A stretch of 60,671 nucleotides of DNA from NCBI GenBank assembly GCA_016866735.1, contig VGLL01000001.1, forward strand, positions 1 to 60,671, written 5' to 3'. Below, one piece after another: positions 1 through 9,113 of this stretch (positions within the stretch are counted from its first letter, which is position 1; each line of letters opens with the position of its first letter). The notes beneath the pieces were generated by a model. It saw nothing but the letters and a program-made list of their open reading frames with translations, did no database searches and was not told the DNA's origin. This DNA is from Candidatus Shapirobacteria bacterium (GTDB lineage Bacteria > Patescibacteriota > Microgenomatia > VGLL01). Made by a program: the position numbers and the translations under genes.

Positions 1-2
1 AA

Positions 3-614
3 TTTAAAACAAGACTTCTCGGAGAATACAATCAATATAATTGCCTGGTGGCGATTGCCGTGGCGAAAAGTCTGAGAATTGCTGACGAAGTGATTAAAAA
101 GGCCCTGGCTGATTTTTCTGGAGTTTCTGGCCGAATGGAAGAGATCTCCGAGGGGCAAAATTTCGGAGTTATCGTTGATTTCGCCCACACTCCAGCCGCC
201 TTTGAGGCAGTTCTTAGCGCGCTGCGTGGCCGGGTAAAAGGCGGGATTATTCACGTTTTCGGCTGCACTGGCGAGCGAGACAAGAGTAAGCGGCCAATGA
301 TGGGAGAGATTTCCGCTCACCTAGCTGATAAAATAATCTTAACTTGCGAAGATACATATCACGAAGATCCCGAGAGAATTATTAAAGAAATCGGAGTAGG
401 GGTAAAAAGTGGGGGAAAAGTTTTAGATAAGGATTATTGGATTATGACAGATCGAGAGGAGGCCATTGGGCGGGCAATTAAAATGGCAAAAAGAGATGAT
501 TGTGTTCTAGTCACCGGTGTAGGACACCAAAGAACATTGAATCTTGGCGGTCGGGAGACGCCCTGGTCGGATCAAGAAACTTGCAGGCGATTTTTAAAAG
601 AGAGGGTATCATGA
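3..614 (+). CDS. murE: UDP-N-acetylmuramoyl-tripeptide synthetase MurE, C-terminal part (5' end lies outside the window)
   Basis: The frame is open from the window edge (FKTRLLGEYNQYNCLVAIAVA). Mur-ligase C-terminal motifs are present: SGRMEEI, DFAHTP, VFGCTGERDKSKRP, DREEAI. It heads a mur cluster. Confidence 0.8.
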   Translation, partial: FKTRLLGEYNQYNCLVAIAVAKSLRIADEVIKKALADFSGVSGRMEEISEGQNFGVIVDFAHTPAAFEAVLSALRGRVKGGIIHVFGCTGERDKSKRPMMGEISAHLADKIILTCEDTYHEDPERIIKEIGVGVKSGGKVLDKDYWIMTDREEAIGRAIKMAKRDDCVLVTGVGHQRTLNLGGRETPWSDQETCRRFLKERVS

Positions 615-1375
615 AATTGATATTTGGCGAATATAAGGCAAGTTACGAAAAATACTATTTCCCTTACCAGGTTTGGTTGCTGAAGGAAGATAAAGATTCC
701 CTCGAGGAAATTTATAATTTAGGATTTTTGCCGATTAGGAATCTACCGGGTGTTTTTTATCTTTCTAGGAGTGTGCGGGTAAGCCTCGAGAAATTTTCCC
801 CCTCTAGTGAGAACAGGAGAGTTTTAAGAAGGACCTCTGATTTTAACTTTGAATTTATGGCGCTAGACCAATTTGGCTATACATCGGCCGTGCAGAAATT
901 TTGTAAGGATTATATGGATAAGCGCTTTGGCAAAGGGCAAATGAGTGTTGCGGACATAAAGAGCGTTTTTCGAAAAGGAGTTTATAACCGAATTTTTATC
1001 GGGAAGAAAGGCAAAGAAGAAGTTGGATACGCTCTCTGTCTGGCGGCAGAAAACCTAATCCAATATGCCCATGCTTTCTACGATCTAAAATTTCTGTCTT
1101 TGAATTTAGGCGCGAGAATGATGCTCCAGGCGGTAATGTGGGGGAAAGAAAACGGCAAAAAATATGCCTATTTGGGCACGTGCTATGAAAAAAGCGCGCT
1201 CTATAAGACGGAATTTTCCGGCGTTGAGTTCTTTAATGGCTTTCGCTGGTCGGATAACCTGGAAGAGTTAAAGTGTTTAGTCGAGAGAAAAAGCGAAACT
1301 TATCTTTTCAAAGACGAAGATTTCAGAAACAAGTTCTACAGCCAAAGCCTAGAGGAAATGTTTAAGCATCAATGA
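611..1375 (+). CDS. ATE/Bpt-like (arginyl/leucyl-tRNA-protein transferase fold) aminoacyl transferase
   Basis: The ATG at 611 overlaps the murE stop (ATGA). Matching segments are LGFLP...FYLSRSVRVSLEKFSPSSENRRVLRR and YAYLGTCYEKSALYKTEFSGVEFFNGFRW, which resemble the ATE_N/ATE_C signature (RxxxxxF..S.s.RR ; YlGY.i....YK..f.p.E...g.W). The part of the track ORF upstream of 611 overlaps murE and was ignored. Confidence 0.5.
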   Translation: MKLIFGEYKASYEKYYFPYQVWLLKEDKDSLEEIYNLGFLPIRNLPGVFYLSRSVRVSLEKFSPSSENRRVLRRTSDFNFEFMALDQFGYTSAVQKFCKDYMDKRFGKGQMSVADIKSVFRKGVYNRIFIGKKGKEEVGYALCLAAENLIQYAHAFYDLKFLSLNLGARMMLQAVMWGKENGKKYAYLGTCYEKSALYKTEFSGVEFFNGFRWSDNLEELKCLVERKSETYLFKDEDFRNKFYSQSLEEMFKHQ

Positions 1376-2817
1376 AGAAGCACGCCTACTTTGTCGGTAT
1401 TGCAGGCAAGACAATCGCTCCCCTCGCCAAAATGTTTAAGGATTTAGGTTGGCGAGTAACAGGTTCCGATCAGGCCGAAATCTACCCTCCGATTAGTACC
1501 TATCTAAGAAAAAACAAAATTTCTTATTGCCGGGGGTATGCCGAGGAGAATTTAGAGGGACGACCCGATTTAGTAGTGGTGGGCCGGAGCGCACTTCTTG
1601 TCAACCCGCAGAATCCGGAATATCTGAAAGCCAAAAAGCTTGGCCTCAAGGTTCTTTCCCACCCGGAAACATTAAGAGAATATATAGTTAGGAAAAATTC
1701 GGTGGTAGTGGCTGGAACTTACGGGAAAACAACGATTTCCGCGCTAATGTCCTGGATATTAGAAGTAGCTGGGCTTAATCCCTCCTTTATGACGAGCGGC
1801 GTCCCCTTAAATTTTCCCGATGGGGTACGCGGCACTGATTCTCTTTGGTCGGTGATTGAGGGCGATGAGCCACCGGCGATGAAAGAGACCGACCCCTCTA
1901 AATTTATGTTTTATAAACCGAAATATGTCATTTTAACTGCCTGTCGGTGGGATCACCCCGAGGTTTTTCCAAGCGAGAAGGCGTACCTAGGGGCATTTAT
2001 TAAATTTGTTAAATTAATTCCGAAAGATGGTCTTTTAGTGGTCTGTCGGGAGGGGGAAAATAACGAGGTAGTGGCGAAAAAAGCGAATTGCCCCGTAGTG
2101 TGGTATTCAACTAGGGATCATGGGGCGGATTTTTGGATGGAAGATCTCTCCTTTAGGAGCGATTTTACGCAATTTACGGTAGTTAGTAAAAAGAATGGCA
2201 GTATGATTGCTCTCGAATCACCCCTTCTCGGTCTCCATAACGTGCAAAATGTTTGTGGAGCAGTTGCCTTAGCGCTTAATTTTAAAATTGATCCCCTAAA
2301 GATCCAGTCCGCCGTAAAAACATTTAGCGGGGTAAGGACGAGACTCGAGTTTCTGGGAAAGTTTAAGGGGGTAGAAGTATATTGGGATTTTGCCCAGCAC
2401 CCATTTAAGGTAAAAGAAGCATTGGCTGCCCTGCGCACGCGCTATCCGAAGGAAGCCATCTTTTGCGTTTTCCACCCCCACCAAAATATGTTGCAGAGGA
2501 GAGAGAGTCTCTCGTGGTATTCGGGCAGTTTTGATAAGGCAACAGAGGTAATCGTAGCCAGGTTTACTTTCTTCTCGAGGCTTGCCCGCAAAGATAGGGT
2601 AACGGGGAAGGATATTGCCGGCCAAATAGCGAAAACCCAACCAAATGTTCACTATCTCCCGCTTGACAAGGAAGTCATAAATTTTTTAGTGAAAAACTGG
2701 GCAAGGGCAAAAGTGGTGATTTTTATGTCATCGGGCGGACAGAAGGTGCCGGAAATGATAAAGACTTTGGCAAAGAAGTTAGGCGTAGGGATATCGCAGC
2801 TGGACAGCCTATGCTAA
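1372..2817 (+). CDS. mpl: Mur ligase of the MurC/Mpl family (N-terminus is Mpl-like)
   Basis: VTGSDQAEIYPPISTYLRKNKI, PDLVVVG, AGTYGKTT and GVPLNF closely parallel the Mpl N-terminus (VTGSD..YPPMS..L..GI, GTHGKTT, GVPGNF). The ATG overlaps the preceding stop. Confidence 0.65.
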   Translation: MKKHAYFVGIAGKTIAPLAKMFKDLGWRVTGSDQAEIYPPISTYLRKNKISYCRGYAEENLEGRPDLVVVGRSALLVNPQNPEYLKAKKLGLKVLSHPETLREYIVRKNSVVVAGTYGKTTISALMSWILEVAGLNPSFMTSGVPLNFPDGVRGTDSLWSVIEGDEPPAMKETDPSKFMFYKPKYVILTACRWDHPEVFPSEKAYLGAFIKFVKLIPKDGLLVVCREGENNEVVAKKANCPVVWYSTRDHGADFWMEDLSFRSDFTQFTVVSKKNGSMIALESPLLGLHNVQNVCGAVALALNFKIDPLKIQSAVKTFSGVRTRLEFLGKFKGVEVYWDFAQHPFKVKEALAALRTRYPKEAIFCVFHPHQNMLQRRESLSWYSGSFDKATEVIVARFTFFSRLARKDRVTGKDIAGQIAKTQPNVHYLPLDKEVINFLVKNWARAKVVIFMSSGGQKVPEMIKTLAKKLGVGISQLDSLC

Positions 2818-2845
2818 AATTAAAAGCAGAATAAATTTTTTTGAG

Positions 2846-4105
2846 ATGGCAAAATTTATTATCTCCGGCGGAAGACAGCTTAAGGGAGAAATCCGGCCGC
2901 AGGGCAATAAAAACTCTGTCCTTAAGATCATGGCGGCTGCCCTTTTAACCCATGAAGAGTGCCTAATTGAGAACGCGCCAAAGATAAGTGATGTTTTGGC
3001 GCTGGGGGAGATTCTTAAGGAAATTGGCGTTAGGGTAGAGGGCCTAGGCACCGATATTCTCAGGATCCAAGCGAGAGATATTAAAAATACTGTTTTGCCT
3101 CCCGAGTTGGTGGCCAAGTTGCGCGCTTCGGTGGTTTTGATGGGTCCGCTCCTGGCAAGAAATGGCGAGGTGAGTTTTCGTCATCCCGGTGGCTGTGTTC
3201 TTGGCCGGCGGGCGATCGGGACTCATTTTGACGTTGTTAGGTCTTTGGGGGGAGAAGTCGAGGCCCAAGGTGAGAATTACTATGCTAAGATGAGAAAACC
3301 GGGGCCCGCCAGTATTTTCCTTGATGAGGTTTCGGTGACGGCAACAGAAAATGCGCTACTTTTGGCTTCCTCAATTAACGGCGAAACGGAAATTCGCGAT
3401 GCTGCTTGTGAGCCCCACGTTCAAGAACTCTGCGATGTTTTAGAAGAAATGGGGGCGAAAGTTTCCGGGCAAGGCAGCAATCTCCTCAAAATTACCGGCG
3501 TGCAAAAGTTAAAAGGTTTCCACCACAGAATTTGGCCAGACCATATTGACGTGGGTACATTGGCAATTGCCGCGGCCGTGACCGCCGGGCAAATAGAAAT
3601 TAAAGAAATTAGGCCACAAGACCTGGAAATGATACTCCTCTATCTTTCCCGATTCGGCGTGCAGTTTAAAATTAAGGGCAGTACGTTGTCCATGTTACCC
3701 TCAAAGTTAGTTGCCCCTTTGGGCAAAATTCAGACTCGTCCTTGGCCCGGCTTCCCCACCGACTTAATGAGCGCCTTAATCATTTTGGCGACGCAAGCGC
3801 AAGGAACGACTCTTTGTCACGACTGGATGTATGAATCAAGGCTGTTCTTTGTTGACTCCTTAATTACCATGGGGGCAAACATCACCATTTGTGATCCCCA
3901 TCGCGTTTTGGTCAACGGGCCAACTGTTCTTCGCGCAAAGAATCTTTCGAGCCCAGACATCCGCGCCGGCGTAGCCCTATTGGTGGCTGCTCTCTGCGCC
4001 AAGGGGGAGAGCGTCATTGATAACATTGAAATGATAGACCGAGGATACGAGAAAATTGATGAGCGACTGGCCCTTCTCGGGGCGGATATTAAAAGAGTAA
4101 GTTAG
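2846..4105 (+). CDS. murA: UDP-N-acetylglucosamine 1-carboxyvinyltransferase
   Basis: GGRQLKGEIRPQGNKNSVLKIMAAALL; a catalytic-Cys loop RHPGGCVLGRRAIGTHF; length 419 aa. Confidence 0.92.
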   Translation: MAKFIISGGRQLKGEIRPQGNKNSVLKIMAAALLTHEECLIENAPKISDVLALGEILKEIGVRVEGLGTDILRIQARDIKNTVLPPELVAKLRASVVLMGPLLARNGEVSFRHPGGCVLGRRAIGTHFDVVRSLGGEVEAQGENYYAKMRKPGPASIFLDEVSVTATENALLLASSINGETEIRDAACEPHVQELCDVLEEMGAKVSGQGSNLLKITGVQKLKGFHHRIWPDHIDVGTLAIAAAVTAGQIEIKEIRPQDLEMILLYLSRFGVQFKIKGSTLSMLPSKLVAPLGKIQTRPWPGFPTDLMSALIILATQAQGTTLCHDWMYESRLFFVDSLITMGANITICDPHRVLVNGPTVLRAKNLSSPDIRAGVALLVAALCAKGESVIDNIEMIDRGYEKIDERLALLGADIKRVS

Positions 4106-5227
4106 ATGGAGAAAATAAACTTAGCGGTTGTTTTTGGAGGCAAGTCATTAGAACACGAAGTCTCGATTGTTTCGACTTTTCAGGCCTGGGAGTGGATCAA
4201 TCCACAAAAATACAACCGCTACTTAATTTATATTGACCAGAATAACCGTTCTTATTTGTGCCCCTCGCTGAGGAAAGAAAATTATCAGCAATTTATTAAA
4301 AAAGTCCTGGAAGAAAAGAGGGGAATTGAGTTTATCTCCGGAGGCTTTCGTTACTCTCGGTCCTTTTTGAAAAAGGAAGTCGGTATTGATGTTGCCCTGC
4401 TTATTTTGCATGGCGCCTATGGCGAGGATGGCCGAGTTCAGGGGATGCTTGATTTTTACGGAATTCCTTTTACGTGCTCGGGCGTTTTGGGTAGCGCCCT
4501 GGGGATGGATAAGGTAGAACAAAAGAATATATTCGAAAAGCTTGGTTTGCCAATTACTCCCTATTTATGGTTTTATGACTTTGAGTACCAAAGTAGCCCC
4601 CAGAAAATTAAACTAGAGATTAAAAAGTGCCTCAAATATCCCCTTTTCGTTAAGCCCGCTAATGGTGGTTCAAGCGTTGGCGTTACAAAGGTGAAAGAGG
4701 AGCGAGGCTTAGATCAAGCGGTCCAAAAGGTTAGTCAATACGACCACAAGATTTTGGTTGAACAGTCTGTTGGGGGGGTTGATATTAATTGCTCGGTGAT
4801 GGGTGGATATGAGTTGCGAGTGACTCCGTGCGAGCAGCCGCTTTCGGAGGACGAGTTCCTCTCGTTTAGAGAAAAATACCTGAAGGGAGGAAAGACTAAG
4901 GGAATGGCAGGCTTGTCGAGGATTATCCCGGCTCCGATCCCAGACGAGGTGGCCGGCCTCGCTCAAGAAATGGCCAAAAAAGTCTTTAGGGAACTCGGTT
5001 GCTGGGGAATGGCAAGAATGGACTTCCTCTATCAGAAAGAAACGCAAAAGATTTACCTTAATGAAATTAATACCATCCCCGGTTCACTAGCTTTTTATCT
5101 ATGGCAAGCCTATGGCTTGACGCCCAGTCAGATGGTTGACGAGCTGATTAAATTAGCGTTGGAGCGCGAGGAAGAAAGGGCCCGCCTTAATTATCACTAC
5201 CAAAGCGAAATTCTGAATCAGAAATAG
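4106..5227 (+). CDS. ddl: D-alanine--D-alanine ligase
   Basis: VVFGGKSLEHEVSIVS, LHGAYGEDGRVQGMLDFYGIPFTCSGVLGSALGMDK and an ATP-grasp C-terminus (MARMDFLY..IYLNEINTIPG). Confidence 0.9.
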   Translation: MEKINLAVVFGGKSLEHEVSIVSTFQAWEWINPQKYNRYLIYIDQNNRSYLCPSLRKENYQQFIKKVLEEKRGIEFISGGFRYSRSFLKKEVGIDVALLILHGAYGEDGRVQGMLDFYGIPFTCSGVLGSALGMDKVEQKNIFEKLGLPITPYLWFYDFEYQSSPQKIKLEIKKCLKYPLFVKPANGGSSVGVTKVKEERGLDQAVQKVSQYDHKILVEQSVGGVDINCSVMGGYELRVTPCEQPLSEDEFLSFREKYLKGGKTKGMAGLSRIIPAPIPDEVAGLAQEMAKKVFRELGCWGMARMDFLYQKETQKIYLNEINTIPGSLAFYLWQAYGLTPSQMVDELIKLALEREEERARLNYHYQSEILNQK

Positions 5228-6369
5228 TGATCGGGGAGTTCGTTTTCTATGAGAATGACCGTTGGTGGTCGTAAAAGCGGGGTTAAGACAGTCTCGTAGG
5301 TTTGATTTTTTTCTACAAAGATAATTCTCTTAGCGCCTTTGGCACCTCGAGCGAGAGATTCCCTATTAGTTTTACCGACGATTAGAAAAATATCGCAGAT
5401 TTTGGTCGCTTCAGCGGCGATCTCGCAATTGATTTCGTTCTGTTTTTTGCCAAACTCGATCATTCCCGGCGTAATAATAATCTTTTGGTAGGCTTTGTAT
5501 TTAGCCAGTTCATCTAGGGCTTTTCTAAACCCAAGAGGGTTGGAATTATAGGAGTCGTCAAGATAAACCAAATCGCGACTTACCCTCTTCGTGGTTAGTC
5601 GGTGTGCTGGCGGTGCAAATAGTTTAATTCTTTTTTTAATTTGGCTGGGAGAAATATTTAGTTGCGCGCCAATTGATAGACAGACTTTTGCGGGATCGAT
5701 TATTTCGTGGTCTTTTGTTGGCAAGAAGAGCCTTTGTCTGTCGGTAATAAAAGGTACAAGCTCCATCTTAGTTTGCCGAATGTTTTCCAAGGTTTTAAAG
5801 CGTTCTAGGTGCATCCAGCCGATACTGGTAATAACCCCAAAATTTGGCTTAACCAGCTGGCAAATTGCCTTAATATCTCCTCTTTGATAGGCGGCGGCCT
5901 CAATGATGAGGACTTGTTGCCTATTATTAATCTTACGTAAAACCAGAAGGGCGATACCGATTTGGGTATTGATATTGGCTGGCGTTTTGGCTACTTGATA
6001 TTTATGCTCTAAAACGTAGGCGAGCATTTCCTTAAGAGTAGTTTTGCCGTAGCTCCCCGTGATAACTATTTTTATTAGTTTTGGATAAAACATTAGCTTA
6101 ATCTTGGCCAGAAAAATGATAATCTCTTTTGTGGGGCTGGAGATTTTATCAACTAGGGAGTTGGCGAAACTGACTGCTCTTTTCTCCCCGAATAAGGGGA
6201 TAAATAAAAATGAGGCGACGAGGGTAAGAATCGTTCTTGTAGTCCAGCGGAGTTTATTTTTCCTTTCTTCAAGATCCTGAATCCGATACCTTTTTAGCCA
6301 ATCGAGGTAACGCTCGTTTTGGTACTCTTCAAGTTGGAGCAGGTAAAGCAGTTTCCTTAGAGTTTTCAT
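5218..6369 (-). CDS. murF: Mur ligase family protein, MurF-like (atypical hydrophobic N-terminus)
   Basis: ITGSYGKTTLKEM P-loop; a Mur-ligase middle and C-terminal pattern (DDSYNSNP, PPAHRL). It lies in the mur cluster. The N-terminal 100 aa are not canonical. Confidence 0.6.
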   Translation of the reverse strand: MKTLRKLLYLLQLEEYQNERYLDWLKRYRIQDLEERKNKLRWTTRTILTLVASFLFIPLFGEKRAVSFANSLVDKISSPTKEIIIFLAKIKLMFYPKLIKIVITGSYGKTTLKEMLAYVLEHKYQVAKTPANINTQIGIALLVLRKINNRQQVLIIEAAAYQRGDIKAICQLVKPNFGVITSIGWMHLERFKTLENIRQTKMELVPFITDRQRLFLPTKDHEIIDPAKVCLSIGAQLNISPSQIKKRIKLFAPPAHRLTTKRVSRDLVYLDDSYNSNPLGFRKALDELAKYKAYQKIIITPGMIEFGKKQNEINCEIAAEATKICDIFLIVGKTNRESLARGAKGAKRIIFVEKNQTYETVLTPLLRPPTVILIENELPDHYF

Positions 6370-7052
6370 TTATTTATAAAGTTGGCAATTAGATTTGCAA
6401 TTTCTTCTGGGTTTTGCTGAAACACGAAATGGTTACCGGAAACAATTTCTAACCTGCTATTGGGAATTAACTGGTGAATGTTTTCTCCTAAATCTGGGGA
6501 CAATTCATTGTCTTCTTTCCCCCAAATAACAAGAGTAGGAGATTTAATTTTGGCATAAATCGGTCGTAAATCCTCTTTAACGATATTTTTGAAAAGCGGC
6601 CGGAGCCGGCCAGCGTTTTTGTAATCCCGACTGACCAGAAATGAGCGGACGACTCGCTTAATCGGCGTAGGGATAAGCTCTTTAAAGCGATACCAGATTT
6701 TCGGTTCCGGAATCCCGGAGGGGGCGATTAAGATTAATTTGGTAATGATTTTAGGGTTTTGATAGGCAACCAGGGTAGCGATTTTTCCGCCGTATGAATG
6801 GCCAACCAAAGTCACCGGCGTAATTTTTTTCTTTAGAAGCCAGTATTTAACCGCCAAGGCGTAATCTTTGGAGGAACTGATCTTTTGTGGCAGTTCGCTT
6901 TGGCCAAATCCTGGAAGTTCTATTAAAAAGAGCTTGCGCTGTTTGAACAAAAAGGGGACTAGCGGCGTAAAAGAATGACAGTCTTGCTGCCAGCCATGGA
7001 TAAAGACAATCGGAGGTTTCCCTTCTCCGAACTCAAGAAAATTGAGCTCCAT
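6366..7052 (-). CDS. alpha/beta-fold hydrolase
   Basis: IVFIHGWQQD, a nucleophile elbow GHSYGG and a C-terminal GNHFVFQQNPEE. It overlaps the murF-like start by 4 nt. Confidence 0.75.
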   Translation of the reverse strand: MELNFLEFGEGKPPIVFIHGWQQDCHSFTPLVPFLFKQRKLFLIELPGFGQSELPQKISSSKDYALAVKYWLLKKKITPVTLVGHSYGGKIATLVAYQNPKIITKLILIAPSGIPEPKIWYRFKELIPTPIKRVVRSFLVSRDYKNAGRLRPLFKNIVKEDLRPIYAKIKSPTLVIWGKEDNELSPDLGENIHQLIPNSRLEIVSGNHFVFQQNPEEIANLIANFINK

Positions 7053-7093
7053 GGCTTGATTTTAGCATAAAAAGCATCTAATATCTAAATGTT

Positions 7094-8125
7094 ATGGCTT
7101 TGTTTTTGGGACTTTTAATTTTCTCTTTTACCGTTACCAGCATCCTCATTATTCCCTTTATTAACATTCTCTACAAAATTAAATTCTTGCGGGCAGAACA
7201 GAAAACAACCGACTTCCAGGGCACACGAACTTCTATTTTCGACAGGCTTCATAAACACAAGGCGGGAACGCCGGTCGGGGGCGGCTTGCTAATTATTCTT
7301 CTGGTCTTTCTTCTTTATGTTTTTCTTTTCCCCCTTCTCTCTTATCTCGGGGTTTATATTACGGCCGTTTTCCCCATTAAAGAAGAACTAAATATTCTCT
7401 TTTTTACCTTTATCTCCTTTGGTATTTTGGGGCTCTACGATGACGTGATGAAATTCTTTGGTTTCCGGCGGACGGGATTCTTTGGCCTAAAGATGCGCCA
7501 CAAATTCGCTATTCAGTGGATTCTTGGCCTCATCATTGCCGTTCTCTTGGCGCAAAATCTGAAAATTAACTTTATCTATATTCCTTTCTTTGGCGTTTTG
7601 AAGTTAGGATGGCTTTATTTGCCTCTGGCCGCCGCCATCATTGTCGCTTTCGCGAATGCCTTTAACATTACGGATGGCCTGGACGGGCTTTCTTCGGGGC
7701 TTTTGATGATCTGTCTTTTTGCTTTTTGGTTCATTTCCCATACTGTTTTGGACACGCCGCTTTCGGTTTTCTTGGCTCTTTGGATTGGATCTTTGATTGC
7801 CTTTTTATACTTTAACGTTTATCCGGCGCGGCTTTTCCTGGGCGATGTGGGCGCGCTTTCTTTCGGGGCAACGCTGGGAGTGATTGGTCTTTTAATAGGG
7901 AAAGTTGCTGCCTTAGTGGTTATTGGGGGAATCTTTGTGCTCGAGGCCACGACTAGCCTCTTGCAGATGCTTTCCAAAAGATTTTTGGGGAGAAGACTCT
8001 TTGCTTGTGCGCCGCTACACCTTTTCTTGCAGAATAAGGGATGGGAAGAGCCAAAAATCGTCATGCGTGCTTGGTTAGCCGGCATCATGCTGGCCATTTT
8101 CGGTCTATGGCTGGCAGTGATATAA
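7094..8125 (+). CDS. mraY: phospho-N-acetylmuramoyl-pentapeptide transferase
   Basis: Polytopic membrane protein with NAFNITDGLDGLSSG, YFNVYPARLFLGDVGALSFG and a KTPVGGG-like loop (AGTPVGGG). Confidence 0.92.
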   Translation: MALFLGLLIFSFTVTSILIIPFINILYKIKFLRAEQKTTDFQGTRTSIFDRLHKHKAGTPVGGGLLIILLVFLLYVFLFPLLSYLGVYITAVFPIKEELNILFFTFISFGILGLYDDVMKFFGFRRTGFFGLKMRHKFAIQWILGLIIAVLLAQNLKINFIYIPFFGVLKLGWLYLPLAAAIIVAFANAFNITDGLDGLSSGLLMICLFAFWFISHTVLDTPLSVFLALWIGSLIAFLYFNVYPARLFLGDVGALSFGATLGVIGLLIGKVAALVVIGGIFVLEATTSLLQMLSKRFLGRRLFACAPLHLFLQNKGWEEPKIVMRAWLAGIMLAIFGLWLAVI

Positions 8126-8127
8126 GA

Positions 8128-8143
8128 CCTGCCATCGGGCAGG
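8128..8143 (+). terminator. short GC hairpin just after the mraY stop (weak terminator candidate)
   Basis: CCTGCC-ATCG-GGCAGG is followed by AATTTAAAATT. There is no clean T-tract. Confidence 0.35.
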
Positions 8144-8229
8144 AATTTAAAATTCAAAATGGAAAATGTAGAATTGAACACTTTGATAATTTGAATTATT
8201 GAAGTGTTGTGAGATTGAATTAGCGAACC

Positions 8230-8934
8230 ATGATCGAGAAGTCGCCTGCGATTGAACAGCTGCTTTACCAATATACTCATCTTCCGATTGGCGGAAAGAA
8301 GATTAGATGCCCTTATTGGATGGACAAAATAAAAAAGGGGATTTGCGGGCCATCTGGCGGGAAGGGGAGTCCTGAGCAGATTGTTGAGGCCACTTTGATG
8401 GCAGCCAAGAAAGAGGGTATTAATTTAGACGAGCTTTCTACAAAACAAATAAAAGCCTTCATGAAGAGAAACCGGATTGGTATTGATTGTTCGGGTTTGG
8501 CTTTCAATCTTCTCAACGTTCTGGACAAAGAAAAAGGCGGCAAAGGCCTAGCCGAGAAGATTCCGGGAGCAAAAGGGAAATTTCTAGTGAGAGCTAATGT
8601 AAGAATGCTAACCGATCGAAACGTTTCCATGCCGGTTAGTTCGGTTTCCGATATTAAAATAGGCGATATGATTAGGCTCCGAGGCGGCAGGCATATCGCA
8701 GTGGTGGCTGCAGTGAAAAAAAGCCGTAGCGGGAAAATCACCGAAATTACTTACACTCATTCATCACCCAAAACAGCAGTTAGCGGGGTTCACTCGGCGA
8801 AGATCAAGGTTAAGGACGAAGCCAGGAGATTAGAAAATCAGGAGTGGCTGGAGGAAACCAAAGACGACAAAAACTATGGCAAGTTTGCCTTTTCTCCCCT
8901 ACGCGGCGATGGAGTAAGAAGGTTCAAGCTATAA
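8230..8934 (+). CDS. NlpC/P60-like (Cys/His peptidase-like) protein, putative cell-wall hydrolase
   Basis: GIDCSGLAFNLL (candidate nucleophile Cys) and GDMIRLRGGRHIAVVAAV (candidate His) are spaced as in NlpC/P60. It sits in the dcw context. The N-terminal 80 aa are uncharacterised. Confidence 0.4.
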   Translation: MIEKSPAIEQLLYQYTHLPIGGKKIRCPYWMDKIKKGICGPSGGKGSPEQIVEATLMAAKKEGINLDELSTKQIKAFMKRNRIGIDCSGLAFNLLNVLDKEKGGKGLAEKIPGAKGKFLVRANVRMLTDRNVSMPVSSVSDIKIGDMIRLRGGRHIAVVAAVKKSRSGKITEITYTHSSPKTAVSGVHSAKIKVKDEARRLENQEWLEETKDDKNYGKFAFSPLRGDGVRRFKL

Positions 8935-8939
8935 TTTCT

Positions 8940-9092
8940 TTACTTCTCTTCTTCGATCAGCAAGACCCGAGGCGGGTCAAGGCTGACTATCTCCATTTCT
9001 GCCCCACAGTTCTCGCACTCGATAATTTCGCCGACCTCGGCATCTCCGGAGACGAGAACTTCTTTCTGACAGTCAGGACATTTGACAGTCAT
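8940..9092 (-). CDS. LysW-like zinc-ribbon protein (amino-group carrier protein family look-alike, non-canonical C-terminus)
   Basis: MTVKCPDCQKEVLVSGDAEVGEIIECENCGAEMEIVSLDPPRVLLIEEEK aligns by eye with Thermus LysW (CPECGAEL....ELGE.V.CEDCGAELEV..LDP.RL). It ends in EEEK rather than EDWGE. I start it at the internal Met; the 64-aa track ORF would run into the neighbouring gene. Confidence 0.55.
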   Translation of the reverse strand: MTVKCPDCQKEVLVSGDAEVGEIIECENCGAEMEIVSLDPPRVLLIEEEK

Positions 9093-9113
9093 ACTGAATG
9101 GTATAATTGAAGC

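Noticed and set aside
500-610. N-terminal extension of the ATE-like ORF, where the track start is at 500.
   Set aside because: It overlaps the conserved 3' end of murE in another frame. An ATG at 611 forms the usual ATGA coupling with the murE stop.
2118-2652. Antisense ORFs of 106 and 118 aa inside the Mpl-like ligase gene. Many similar 60-170 aa opposite-strand or off-frame ORFs occur throughout the track, for example 2809-3117, 8313-8741, 12035-12544, 14651-15049, 26009-26422, 31879-32358 and 33946-34395.
   Set aside because: All lie entirely within long, motif-rich genes on the other strand or in another frame. Their sequences are low-complexity or Arg/Ser/Pro-rich, as is typical of shadow ORFs, and they have no recognisable motifs.
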